Source: a virus
Length of the DNA stretch: 64,000 nt
Strand: one strand, 5' to 3'
IMG/VR virus record: IMGVR_UViG_3300036790_000551
Coordinates: 1-64,000 of that record
The position numbers were made by a program, and so were the translations under genes. Each line of letters starts with the position of its first letter. Within the stretch, counting starts at the first letter, position 1. Shown one piece after another: positions 27,847-37,371 of the stretch. Under the pieces are notes generated by a model. That model had not been told where the DNA came from, ran no database searches, and saw only the letters and a program-made list of their open reading frames with translations.

Positions 27847-29291
27847 GTGAACTGCAGTCGTTTGAGGAACTTGGCCGCGGCTACCAAGAGAAGTGTGTCC
27901 AGGCGCTTTTCGAGGACCACTTGTACGCTGAGATGATGGCCGACGTCATCGACCCGGAGTACTTCACCTTCACCCACTTGAAGTCCGTGGTGCGGACGTT
28001 CTTCGACTACAAGTCCCGCTATCGCGAGTTCCCGAGCCTCGAGGTCACGCTGATGCAACTCAAGGAGGCGGTCTCGGACGACCCCGCGCTGCTGCAACTC
28101 GCCGCGGAGTTCGCTAAGAAGATGCTGACGACGCCGCTCAACGGCGACAAGGGCTGGGTCCAGGAGAGTTCGCTTGAGTTCTGTAAGCGTCAGAAACTCA
28201 TCGCCGCAATCGGCAAGTGCCTGGAGCAGGTACAGAACCAGCGGTACGAGTCCATCGCCGGCACTATTCGTGAGGCGCTCGACCGAGGCTCCCCCCGCGA
28301 CCACGGACACGAGTACTCCGAGGAACTCGACAGTCGCGCCGTCAAGTCCGTTCGTGAGCCCATCAGCACCGGTTGGCCCGTCCTCGACGGCTACCTGGGT
28401 GGAGGCTATGAGCGGAAGACGATAACGACGTTCATCGCTCCCACCGGCGCCGGTAAGTCCATGTTCCTGGTCAACGCCGCCTGCGCGCTCGTCGAGCAGG
28501 GCCTCAACGTCCTCTACGTGACGCTCGAGATGGCGGACTACAAGATTGGCCTCCGCGCGGACAGTTGGTACTCCGGCGTCAGCATCGACGACATCCCCAA
28601 GAGAAAGGAGGAGGTCAAGAGCGCAATCGGAGCCCGCGCCAAGGGCCGCCTCATCATCAAGGAGTGGCCGACGAAGCGGGCCACCGTCGACACGATTCGG
28701 AGCCACGTGCAGCGGTTGGCCCAGACCAAGGACTTCAAGGTCGACGCGGTCATCGTGGACTACCCGGACCTCCTGCGTAGCGTGAAGAGTTATGGGGAGA
28801 AGCGGCACGAACTCGAGGGAAACTACGAGGAACTCCGCGGCCTCGCTCAGGAGAGCAACTGCGTCATGATTGTGGCCGACCAGACGAACCGCAGCGGCCT
28901 CGACCTCGAACTCGTCACCATCGGAGCCATTTCCGAGGCCTACTCGAAGGCAACGGTCTGCGACCTCATCCTCACCATTAGCCGCACCCCGGAGGACAAG
29001 CAGAACGGGACCGGTCGCCTCTTCATCGCGAAGAGCCGCCTCGGCTCGGACGGCATCGTTCTGCCCTTCACCCTGAAGACCTCTGCAAACGTACGGGTTG
29101 AGGTCTTCGAGAGCAACACGAGCGCCATCGAGTTGGCCCTCAAGGACCCCGAGACGCTGAAGAGGCACATGGCCCAGTCCTTCGCGGGCTACAAGAAGAT
29201 GAAGGTCCAGCAGGACCTCGATGAGAGGAACGCCACGGAACTCATGAAACTCTCCGAGGTTGGCGGCAGCGTTGGAGGAGCGACGAAGTGA
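27843..29291 (+). CDS. replicative DNA helicase (DnaB/gp41-like)
   Basis: STGW..LD, APTGAGKS, YVTLEM, IIKEWP, IVDYPD, QTNR, KSR.G. Confidence 0.92.
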   Translation: MSELQSFEELGRGYQEKCVQALFEDHLYAEMMADVIDPEYFTFTHLKSVVRTFFDYKSRYREFPSLEVTLMQLKEAVSDDPALLQLAAEFAKKMLTTPLNGDKGWVQESSLEFCKRQKLIAAIGKCLEQVQNQRYESIAGTIREALDRGSPRDHGHEYSEELDSRAVKSVREPISTGWPVLDGYLGGGYERKTITTFIAPTGAGKSMFLVNAACALVEQGLNVLYVTLEMADYKIGLRADSWYSGVSIDDIPKRKEEVKSAIGARAKGRLIIKEWPTKRATVDTIRSHVQRLAQTKDFKVDAVIVDYPDLLRSVKSYGEKRHELEGNYEELRGLAQESNCVMIVADQTNRSGLDLELVTIGAISEAYSKATVCDLILTISRTPEDKQNGTGRLFIAKSRLGSDGIVLPFTLKTSANVRVEVFESNTSAIELALKDPETLKRHMAQSFAGYKKMKVQQDLDERNATELMKLSEVGGSVGGATK

Positions 29292-31327
29292 TTGCGGGAC
29301 TTTCGTTTCGCCTCGACCCCGACTTCATCTCCGGTTTCATCGGTCAACAACCGAATTGGGGACCCATCGGGTACGTTACGTACAAGCGGACATACGCCCG
29401 TCCGCTTGACACCCTCTATCTGTCACACCGTGAGTTTGCGGCCTTCGCGAGCCTCCAGCGGTCGGAGGAGTTCTGGCTGACCCTCTTACGGGTAGTCGAA
29501 GGCACGTTCAGCATCATCCAGGACCACTGCGCCTCCCTCCGACTGCCGTGGGACCCGCATAGGGCCCAGGAAATGGCGAAGGAGATGTACGTCCTGATGT
29601 GGACGTTCCGGTTCACGCCGCCCGGCCGCGGACTCTGGATGATGGGCACGCCGGCGGTTGCCAAGATTGGTGCCGCTGCGCTTATGAACTGCGGCATGGT
29701 CTCCACCGCCAACATCGACGTCGACTTCGCGGACCCGTTCTGTTTCCTGGCGGACATGTCAATGCTGGGCGTCGGCGTCGGGGGGGATACGAAGGGGGCC
29801 GGAAAGGTCCGCTTGGTCGTCCCCGTCTGTGACCCGAGTCCCCACGTCGTGGCCGATTCCAGGGAGGGTTGGGTCGCACTCATTCGTCGGGTCCTCAACT
29901 CGTTCGTGGGGAAGGCCACCCTCCCACTCAACGTAGACTACTCCTTAGTCCGGCCCGCTGGGGCGCCCATCATGACATTCGGAGGGACGGCGTCGGGTCC
30001 GGAGCCGCTGCAGGAACTCATCACCAGCCTGACCACCGTCCTCATGCGTCGGGCCCTCTCAGACAACCCAACCATCACCAGTGACGACATCGTGGACGTC
30101 TTTAACCTCGAGGGTCGCTGCGTTGTGGCCGGTAACGTCCGGCGCTCAGCCGAGATAATGCTCGGGGAGCCCACCGACGACGGCTTCCTGGAATTGAAAG
30201 ACCGGGAGAAGAACGCCGCGGCGCTGGACGGCTGGCGCTGGGCGTCGAACAACTCCATCATCGCTCAGGTCGGGCAGTCGTACGCGAAGGCCGCTCGACA
30301 GACCTCGAAGAACGGCGAGCCCGGCTTCTTCTGGTTGGAGAACGCCCGCCGGTTCGGACGGATGGGACGGGAGCCGAACGGCAAGGACGCGAAGGCCGTC
30401 GGAACGAATCCCTGTTCCGAGCAAACGCTCTTCGATTACGAACTCTGCAACCTCGTGGAGACGTATCCGGCCCACTGTAAGAATGTGACGGAGTACAAGC
30501 ACGCGGTTAAGTTCGCGTACCTCTATGCGAAGGCCGTGACCCTGGTCACGACCCATAACCCGAAGACCAACGCGGTAACGATGAAGAACCGTCGCATCGG
30601 CTGCTCAATGTCCGGCATCGTCCAGGCGATGTCAAAGTTCGGGCGTCGAAGGTTCTTTGAGATGTGCGACGAGGCCTACGACTACATTCAGGCCCTCGAC
30701 GAGGAGTACAGCGGCTGGCTATGCGTTCCGCTGTCCATCAAGACCACGTCCGTCAAGCCTAGCGGGACGGTCTCCCTCCTCTGTGGAGCGACCCCCGGCA
30801 TCCATCATCCCATCGCCCATCGCTATTGGCGGGTCATCCGGTTCGCCAACGACAGTTACATGGTTCCGATACTGCAGGAGGCCGGTTATCCAGTCCATGT
30901 GCTGGACCCAGCCAAGGAGCCGAACACAACGGCGGTTTACTTCCCTGTCGAGGAGCAGAACTTCGAGCGTTCCGAGGATGACGTCTCGATGTGGGAGCAA
31001 CTGGAATACGCGGCCCAGATGCAGGAGCACTGGGCCGACAACCAGGTCTCCGTGACCATCAAGTTCGACCGGGGGGCTGAGGGGCGAGACATCGTTCGGG
31101 CCTTGGAACTCTTCGAGACCCGCCTTAAGGGTGTGTCGTTCCTTCCCAAGGACGACCACGGCTTCGAGCACGCTCCGTATCAGCCCATTAGTCGAGAGCA
31201 GTACCAGGAGGCCGTGGCCAGGCTGCGACCGTTCGACCTAAACGGCTCGACCACTGAGGTTGAGGACAGGTTCTGTGACAGCGATAAGTGCGCGACGCCG
31301 TGGAAAAGTCAGTCGCAACAGGCGTAA
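29288..31327 (+). CDS. nrdJ: class II (B12-dependent) ribonucleoside-triphosphate reductase
   Basis: YKRTYAR, PPGRGLW, NPCSEQ, CNLVE, VKPSGTVS, C-terminal FCDSDKC. Confidence 0.93.
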   Translation: MIAGLSFRLDPDFISGFIGQQPNWGPIGYVTYKRTYARPLDTLYLSHREFAAFASLQRSEEFWLTLLRVVEGTFSIIQDHCASLRLPWDPHRAQEMAKEMYVLMWTFRFTPPGRGLWMMGTPAVAKIGAAALMNCGMVSTANIDVDFADPFCFLADMSMLGVGVGGDTKGAGKVRLVVPVCDPSPHVVADSREGWVALIRRVLNSFVGKATLPLNVDYSLVRPAGAPIMTFGGTASGPEPLQELITSLTTVLMRRALSDNPTITSDDIVDVFNLEGRCVVAGNVRRSAEIMLGEPTDDGFLELKDREKNAAALDGWRWASNNSIIAQVGQSYAKAARQTSKNGEPGFFWLENARRFGRMGREPNGKDAKAVGTNPCSEQTLFDYELCNLVETYPAHCKNVTEYKHAVKFAYLYAKAVTLVTTHNPKTNAVTMKNRRIGCSMSGIVQAMSKFGRRRFFEMCDEAYDYIQALDEEYSGWLCVPLSIKTTSVKPSGTVSLLCGATPGIHHPIAHRYWRVIRFANDSYMVPILQEAGYPVHVLDPAKEPNTTAVYFPVEEQNFERSEDDVSMWEQLEYAAQMQEHWADNQVSVTIKFDRGAEGRDIVRALELFETRLKGVSFLPKDDHGFEHAPYQPISREQYQEAVARLRPFDLNGSTTEVEDRFCDSDKCATPWKSQSQQA

Positions 31328-31342
31328 GCGGTATGATGGGTC

Positions 31343-31579
31343 ATGGCGTACATTCCCGTGGCTCCCGAACTGGCAGAGAAAAGAGCGAGGCTCCAAGAGA
31401 ACCTCATTGAGGCCGCTGCGGCTCTTGGACGAGCGAAGGCCCTCGCCGATGAAATCGGTGTAGAGTTCACTTTCCTGGACCGGACGTACCATCCGAAGCA
31501 ACAGAAAGTCATCGAGGGCGGTTGGGACTACGAAGACGCTGATGACTGGCAGAGTTCCGGTCCTGGGATTGGGTGTTGA
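31343..31579 (+). CDS. WxxS..C family small protein A
   Basis: helix...ADEIGVEFTF...WQSSGPGIGC*. Confidence 0.7.
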   Translation: MAYIPVAPELAEKRARLQENLIEAAAALGRAKALADEIGVEFTFLDRTYHPKQQKVIEGGWDYEDADDWQSSGPGIGC

Positions 31580-31616
31580 TGTGTGGGAGCACATCGGACA
31601 GACTGCTCTAGGGTCC

Positions 31617-31871
31617 ATGACCAAGGACGAGGGCCAGCAGCGAGCCCAGGAACTCTTGAGCCAGGCCGAGAAGTTGGTCCGTGAGGCCCAGGACATCGGC
31701 GAACACTTCGGCTTCGACCTCAACTTTCTCGGTGCCCGCTACGACGGAAGTGATGAGATGTGGAGCGTCACTCGGTTCGAGCATACCGTCGAGTGGTCTT
31801 CGTCCTCTTTCTGTATCGAGGACCTCGGCCCGCAGGACTTCAAGCGTCGGATGGAGGGAAAGAGACCGTGA
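31617..31871 (+). CDS. WxxS..C family small protein B
   Basis: QELLSQA...GEHFGFDLNFLG.RY...WSSSSFC; alternative start 31581. Confidence 0.65.
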   Translation: MTKDEGQQRAQELLSQAEKLVREAQDIGEHFGFDLNFLGARYDGSDEMWSVTRFEHTVEWSSSSFCIEDLGPQDFKRRMEGKRP

Positions 31872-32212
31872 TGGACGATAAAAAGAAGACCGAACTGCAG
31901 AAGGAAGCGCAGTCGCTTCTTAGCGAGGCCAAGAAGTTATTGAATCAGGCAGGAGCGCTCGCTAGTCAGGGCGGCTTCACCCTCCATTTTGCGGGCGGAG
32001 GCGACTACATCCCGAAGAAACTCATGAACCTCGAGTACTGGCGCGCCCTCGCTGTCGAGGAACTCAAGCAGGAGGGAATAGAGGACCCGGATGAAGAGAG
32101 GGTCAACGACCTAGCCACCGACATGCGTGGCGACTGCGACATTCCGTACACGTATCTTGAGTACGCCGATGAGGACGATGGCGACGTCTGGTGGCAGCCC
32201 TCAAGTTGCTGA
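31871..32212 (+). CDS. WxxS..C family small protein C
   Basis: QSLLSEA...ASQGGFTLHFAG...WQPSSC*. Confidence 0.7.
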   Translation: MDDKKKTELQKEAQSLLSEAKKLLNQAGALASQGGFTLHFAGGGDYIPKKLMNLEYWRALAVEELKQEGIEDPDEERVNDLATDMRGDCDIPYTYLEYADEDDGDVWWQPSSC

Positions 32213-32228
32213 GGGGCTTGGTTTCATC

Positions 32229-32694
32229 CATGCTTATCCGGTTAACACCCAAGGAGTGACGTAATGCGCAAGAAAGATGAGCTAGACAAGAAGAACACCT
32301 GCATGTCGCACGCCCACTCCAAAGAAATGGTGTTCGTGCTGCTGAGCCGCGATGCGGCGGCGCCTGTCGCTATTCGTGCGTGGGTCGCCGAGCGCCTGCG
32401 GCTCGGCAAGAACGTCGAAAGCGACGAGCAGGTCGTCGAGGCGCTGGCGTGCGCGCAGACGATGGAAACCGAGGGACGCAAGTGGGTTGGCCATCCCGAG
32501 CACTATCCGTTCGGCATGGGTGAGGAATCGCGGCGGTTGCACCGTGAATACGACCGACTTGTTCGCGAGCAAGCGGCCGGAGCCAAGAATGGCGCAGAAG
32601 TCCGCAGGTTGACTGACGAGTGCGAGGCGAAGGGCATCATCCTTGTCACGGGTGGCGAGAACCTGTGACGTTGGGTGACAACCGGATAAGCATG
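32229..32694. mobile_element. non-autonomous insertion cassette (MIC/MITE-like) with one passenger gene
   Basis: TIRs 32229-32252 and 32671-32694 (22/24 match); GTTTCATC direct repeat at 32221-32228 and 32695-32702; no transposase. Confidence 0.85.
32264..32668 (+). CDS. passenger protein of the cassette
   Basis: AAGGAG RBS at the TIR edge; EMVFVLLSRDAAAP.AIRAW motif. Confidence 0.7.
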   Translation: MRKKDELDKKNTCMSHAHSKEMVFVLLSRDAAAPVAIRAWVAERLRLGKNVESDEQVVEALACAQTMETEGRKWVGHPEHYPFGMGEESRRLHREYDRLVREQAAGAKNGAEVRRLTDECEAKGIILVTGGENL

Positions 32695-32722
32695 GTTTCA
32701 TCTACACGGGAAGGATTCACGA

Positions 32723-33043
32723 ATGCCTATGAAGTCTACGGACAAGCATGAGAAGTCTACGGACAAGCATGAGAAGCACCTACAGACGCTCCTGGTGAAG
32801 GCCCAGGAGGCATTGGACGAGGTCAAGCACTATGCCGTGCTTCACAACCTGGAGTTCGAGTTCGCAGGCCTCCGTCGAGGCTTGGAGGGTAGAGACTACG
32901 GACCCGTCACCCGAGAGGACTTCGGTGGCGAGGACGATGAGTATCTCCAGCGTGAAATCAAGGCCGGCCGATACAGCGTCAAGGTAAGCAGCCTCGACTT
33001 CGATAGCAAATGGATGGGCTCCTGGTCCCCGGGATGCGGCTGA
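32723..33043 (+). CDS. WxxS..C family small protein D
   Basis: QTLLVKA...AVLHNLEFEFAG...WMGSWSPGCG*. Confidence 0.7.
   Translation: MPMKSTDKHEKSTDKHEKHLQTLLVKAQEALDEVKHYAVLHNLEFEFAGLRRGLEGRDYGPVTREDFGGEDDEYLQREIKAGRYSVKVSSLDFDSKWMGSWSPGCG
32731..32772 (+). repeat. perfect 21-bp tandem duplication
   Basis: GAAGTCTACGGACAAGCATGA x2 (KSTDKHE x2). Confidence 0.9.
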
Positions 33044-33046
33044 GCC

Positions 33047-33448
33047 GTGACCGACGATGTTCATGAACCGGGACCTGTCAGACCGCTGACTGCGGTCGAA
33101 CTCCGACGGGAGGAGGGCCATGCGAAGATGCAGGCGCTCCTGGTCTCCCTCAAGGAGACCATCGACGTCATGTGGGACGTCGCGACTGAGCACGGCATCG
33201 AACGGGTCGAGTTCATGGGAAACTACCTCCACTTCGGGACGGACTTCGGGTACGGCAACTGGGACAGTTTCTCTAATCGCTTTGTCAAGACCGAGGATGG
33301 GTTCGAGGCCGCTGTCGGCGGTCCGGTTCTCAACGATGAGTATTGGTCGCAATCCTCCTATGGCTGCTGGATTGATGATAAGGCTCGGGCGTGGATGTGG
33401 GGACCTGACCCTGCGAAATGGCGGAAGACGAGTTACGATGAAGACTGA
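33047..33448 (+). CDS. WxxS..C family small protein E
   Basis: QALLVSL...ATEHGIERVEFMGNY...WSQSSYGC. Confidence 0.65.
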   Translation: MTDDVHEPGPVRPLTAVELRREEGHAKMQALLVSLKETIDVMWDVATEHGIERVEFMGNYLHFGTDFGYGNWDSFSNRFVKTEDGFEAAVGGPVLNDEYWSQSSYGCWIDDKARAWMWGPDPAKWRKTSYDED

Positions 33449-33472
33449 CGACGGCTGCGGTATGATGTCCGC

Positions 33473-34468
33473 ATGCTTCTCATCGGTTCCAAGGCGCTGA
33501 GGCTTCGAGGCATCGACACCGGACGGCCGCCTCTCGACGTCGACGTCATCGCGACCTTCGACGAACTTGGCAAACTCACGCGATGGATGTCGGCCCGCAG
33601 TCGGACGGTTTCGATTCCCCTCTCCGTCAACAAGACGGTCCTTAAGTCTGTTGATGGAACGATAGTTGAGGTCGAGATTGCCTGGCCGGACACCGCGGCC
33701 CACTCCCTCCTCACCGAGGGGAGCGTCTGGGCCCCTGACGTCAAGGACGACTGGTTGATGTCCGCGAACGGGTTCCCGCATCCGTTCGACGTTCAGGTCG
33801 CCACCCTGGACCAACTCTATGCACTGAAGATGTCCCATCGGTACCTGAAGAACAGTCCGCACTTCCTGAAGACGATGCGTGACATCCAACTGATGCGGAG
33901 CATGGGTGCCAAGGTCGTCAGCGCAGACTGGCTGAAGCGGCGTGAACTCGAGACCTACACCTACAAGCATCCGAAGTTGAACGTGATGAAGAAGGACTTC
34001 TTCACGGGCGACGGCGTCCAGTACGTCTTCGAACACGACGACATCCACGTCGCGATGGCTCACTTCAGCGGTAAGTGTGGTGACCCTGTTCCTGCCTACA
34101 CCCTCTACGCTAAGGACGGTGAGCAGGTTAAGAGCGACAAAGTCAAGTTCCTCTCTCTCTCAGAGGATGTTCGCCTCTACGGCGTCCTCGAGGAGGCCCA
34201 GGTCCTGGCCTTGGAGCGCAGCCAGATACCCTTCCGTGGTAAGGTGGAGGCACGTCGGTCGTTCGACATCGCGCTGATGAAGGTCTGTACCAGCATCACG
34301 AGCGGTTGGTTCCGGGAGTATGCCTGGGAGAATTTCGACCGCGTGAACCTGCTCTACGAGAACGACTACGTAGAGCGTTTCTGGAGGGCCGTCGACGACG
34401 GACACGTGAGGAAGATTGCTGAAGCCGACCGACAGGACCCTGTTAGTAACCCACAAAAATTGCCTTGA
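33473..34468 (+). CDS. Pol-beta-type nucleotidyltransferase-like protein
   Basis: LIGSKA.........PLDVDVI (GS + DxD); LKMSHRY; FEHDDIH; EEAQVLALER; CTSITSGWFR. Confidence 0.65.
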   Translation: MLLIGSKALRLRGIDTGRPPLDVDVIATFDELGKLTRWMSARSRTVSIPLSVNKTVLKSVDGTIVEVEIAWPDTAAHSLLTEGSVWAPDVKDDWLMSANGFPHPFDVQVATLDQLYALKMSHRYLKNSPHFLKTMRDIQLMRSMGAKVVSADWLKRRELETYTYKHPKLNVMKKDFFTGDGVQYVFEHDDIHVAMAHFSGKCGDPVPAYTLYAKDGEQVKSDKVKFLSLSEDVRLYGVLEEAQVLALERSQIPFRGKVEARRSFDIALMKVCTSITSGWFREYAWENFDRVNLLYENDYVERFWRAVDDGHVRKIAEADRQDPVSNPQKLP

Positions 34469-35342
34469 CGGCACCGGTTCCGCGTTCGTCTTCGTGAAGG
34501 CCGGCGGCCTGCAGGCCAACGTTCGCTTTCGGTTGCCGAACAACTGCGTCCTCAAGCCCAATGACGTCATGGGCCTCGACGAGGTGTGGTTCGTTGACGT
34601 CTGCCCATCGGACCTGACCGACCCGGCCGGCGGACTTCCGTTTCGGGTCATCGACCATCACGTGACGAACGTCCGTCGATTCGATGGTGACCCCCGCTGC
34701 ACGTTCTCCCTGGACCACAGCGGAACGTCGCTGTTGGCCCGAGAGGTCGGGCTCGTGGGCTTTGACCGCCTAGTTCGGGCCCTGGAGGCGTACGACCTCG
34801 GGCGGTTCCATGACGCCGACGGCATGCTGCTAGCCGACCTCGCCTCGACATACGCCCAGGACGAGATGCTGAATCGACTCGTCGGAAGGCTTTCGAAGTC
34901 TGAGAACCTTTACGACAGCCATCCGATTCTCGATAGCGAGTACTTCGTGGCCCGCGCCGAGGGGGTCGCGGGAATGCGTGATGATTGGGCCCGGCGCTGC
35001 GCCCGGTCTGCCTACGTCTTCATCCTCGATGACAACTATGCCCTCGACGACCGCCGGTTCGTGGCAGCCCTCGCGGTCTGTCCGCCTAACTGGACAAACG
35101 CCGTCTCCCAGGCCATCATGGACCGGGACGACTTCAGGTACTGCGGAGCGGACGTGTCAGTGCAGGTCGCCGTCTGCGTCGACCCAAACGGTGGACAGGT
35201 GAGCCTGCGGACCCGGGACGACGCCGTCGACTGTAGTAGGATAGCCGAGGGCTTCGGCGGCGGCGGGCACCGTAAGGCAGCAGGTTTTCGGACCGTCGGC
35301 GGCACCGGCCTCCGCGGTCTCATTGAGGAGATATTCGAATGA
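34416..35342 (+). CDS. DHH/DHHA1 phosphoesterase
   Basis: H..CLDG, FVD, IDHH, SG..L, SLR, GGGGHRKAAGF. Confidence 0.88.
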   Translation: MLKPTDRTLLVTHKNCLDGTGSAFVFVKAGGLQANVRFRLPNNCVLKPNDVMGLDEVWFVDVCPSDLTDPAGGLPFRVIDHHVTNVRRFDGDPRCTFSLDHSGTSLLAREVGLVGFDRLVRALEAYDLGRFHDADGMLLADLASTYAQDEMLNRLVGRLSKSENLYDSHPILDSEYFVARAEGVAGMRDDWARRCARSAYVFILDDNYALDDRRFVAALAVCPPNWTNAVSQAIMDRDDFRYCGADVSVQVAVCVDPNGGQVSLRTRDDAVDCSRIAEGFGGGGHRKAAGFRTVGGTGLRGLIEEIFE

Positions 35343-36373
35343 GCCTCAGGGTTTACGGCGACAGTCTGAACTTCATCCATCGGGCGTTGATGCGAGAGTT
35401 AGCGGAGGACCCGGAGTGCGAGAGCGCTCCCCGAGGCAAACCAATCAAGGAACTCATCGCGTCGTCGTTCACGTTGACGGACCCTCGAAACCGGCTCATT
35501 ACGAGTCCGGCCCGGAAGATGAACTACGGGTTCAGCGTCGGGGAGTTCTGTTGGTACCTCCGGGGAGACACGGACCTCGAGACGATGGTCTATTACAACA
35601 AGCGGATGGCCCAGTTCTCTGATGACGGAAAGACCATCAACTCCGCCTACGGAGACAGGATGTTCAATCCGACGCCGGGATACGCCTACGGCGTCATCAA
35701 CGGGAAGTTTGGGCCATACTCCCCGTTCGAGTTTGTGATGGCGGAACTCAAGAGGGACCCCGACAGTCGTCGGGCCGTGATGCACATTAACCGGTCCCAT
35801 GACCTCATCAACGCTGTCTCCAACGGGTCCAAGGACGTCCCCTGTACTATGTCCCTGCAACTCCTCGTCAGGAACCGGAAGTTGCATATGCACGTGCTGA
35901 TGAGGAGCAGCGACATCAATTGGGGGCTTCCTCACGATGTCTTTAGTTTCACGTGCCTCCAAGAGGTCTTTCTCTATGAGTTACAGGCCGCCGGGGTGCC
36001 GGTCGATGACCTGGGGGAGTACCACCACACGGCAGGCTCCCTCCACCTCTATGAGCCATTTTACGGCCTGGCCAAGGAGATAGCGGCCGAGCCCCTTGAG
36101 ACCCCTGCTCCGATGAGCCCGTTCACTCTGGCACAGGTCCAGGGACTGGCTGAGGTGATTGAGCCGGCCATTCGGAACGGAGACCGAGGCAACCTCCTCA
36201 ACGTTGGAACCTCAGAGGGAACGGAGACGCTCTCGTGGATGACCGACCGCCTACTCGACCATCGCGTGAAGCGAGAAGCCGAGGAGGTTGAGCGCAACCG
36301 AAAGGACGCCGCTTTGAACGAACTTAGTCGATTGTCTGAAGAGATTCTTGCCGAGAAGGAGACCGAGAAGTGA
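35339..36373 (+). CDS. thymidylate synthase homologue, probable dCMP hydroxymethylase or hydroxylase
   Basis: SAYG.R, DSRRA, KDVPCT, MRSSD..WGLPHD (Asp at the ThyA Asn177 position), GSLHLY. Confidence 0.85.
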   Translation: MSLRVYGDSLNFIHRALMRELAEDPECESAPRGKPIKELIASSFTLTDPRNRLITSPARKMNYGFSVGEFCWYLRGDTDLETMVYYNKRMAQFSDDGKTINSAYGDRMFNPTPGYAYGVINGKFGPYSPFEFVMAELKRDPDSRRAVMHINRSHDLINAVSNGSKDVPCTMSLQLLVRNRKLHMHVLMRSSDINWGLPHDVFSFTCLQEVFLYELQAAGVPVDDLGEYHHTAGSLHLYEPFYGLAKEIAAEPLETPAPMSPFTLAQVQGLAEVIEPAIRNGDRGNLLNVGTSEGTETLSWMTDRLLDHRVKREAEEVERNRKDAALNELSRLSEEILAEKETEK

Positions 36374-36783
36374 GCAGTCGCCCCGACATCGAACTTGCCC
36401 TGGACGTCCGCAGCCATGAGCGCGTCGTCGTGCTGGCTTCCTCGGACTCCGAGTATGAGTATCCGGAGCATTGGATTCGTCCGTCCCGAGCCGCGGAACT
36501 TGAGCAGATAGACGAGGCCACTGTGGTCATCGTCGACCGCGCCGAGTTGCAGCGCCGCACCCTGACGACGGTCGCTGAGCGCCGTCCGCGGCTCCTGGCC
36601 GTCTCTCCGAACGGAGTGGAGGGGGAGAAGGCCGCTCGCCGGATGTTGACATCGCTCTTTCCGTGGTCCGAGGTCTGGACGATACAGACGGCGTTCGGTC
36701 GACTCCTGGTCACGAAGGACGCGGTCGGGCCGGTGTACGACCGAGAGCAACTCGTTGACATGAGAACGTCCGGAGCGGCCTGA
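36370..36783 (+). CDS. hypothetical protein in the modification cluster
   Basis: coupled ORF (GTGA overlap). Confidence 0.55.
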   Translation: MSSRPDIELALDVRSHERVVVLASSDSEYEYPEHWIRPSRAAELEQIDEATVVIVDRAELQRRTLTTVAERRPRLLAVSPNGVEGEKAARRMLTSLFPWSEVWTIQTAFGRLLVTKDAVGPVYDREQLVDMRTSGAA

Positions 36784-36784
36784 G

Positions 36785-37150
36785 ATGGCAGACAAATTGG
36801 ACAAGGTCTTTGTGAAGCAGCGCGAGTTCGTCGACATGCTCGTCGAGCACGACAAGTTTCCGGAGTATCCGGTCGACTTGACGACAAAAATCGGGCAACG
36901 GTTTGCCAAGGAGGTCATCTTCAATCTTTCTGAAGAACTCTTTGAGGCTTCGTTTACCCTGAAGAACCGTCAGCACAAGTTGAGCAACGACAACGAGTTG
37001 GACTTCGAACACTATCGTGAAGAACTCGGTGATGCGTTCGCGTACTTCATTGAACTCTGTCTCATCAGCGGCATCTCGGCCGACGACATCTACGAGGAGT
37101 ACACCCGAAAGAACGCTATCGTGAAGCAGCGATTGGCGGACGGGTACTGA
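36785..37150 (+). CDS. MazG-like all-alpha dNTP pyrophosphatase (possible dCTPase)
   Basis: EELFEA...EELGD...Y..KN....R. Confidence 0.8.
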   Translation: MADKLDKVFVKQREFVDMLVEHDKFPEYPVDLTTKIGQRFAKEVIFNLSEELFEASFTLKNRQHKLSNDNELDFEHYREELGDAFAYFIELCLISGISADDIYEEYTRKNAIVKQRLADGY

Positions 37151-37371
37151 TGTTGTATCCGTGGCCGTGCTTCATCTGTCTCTCAGTCGACTGCTGTCCC
37201 CGTAACCATCAGAACGAGTTGCTTAACGATGAGCAAACGCTTCGCTTAGCAAAGGAGATGTTCGATGACAAAGGCCTCAGGGCCGGCCGCGGCCGCATGC
37301 TGGCACGCTGCGTCATTGTTCGATTGACCGGTGTTGACCCCGGTCCTGCCTTTCCTAATGATTATTGAGGA

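Noticed and set aside
27369-29168. Long minus-strand ORFs (also 32780-34063, 54168-56126, 19703-20911, 13984-15126)
   Set aside because: They are antisense shadows of GC-rich + strand genes, with no recognisable motifs
35339-36373. Ordinary thyA
   Set aside because: Asp replaces the dUMP-specifying Asn, and ThyX is present separately
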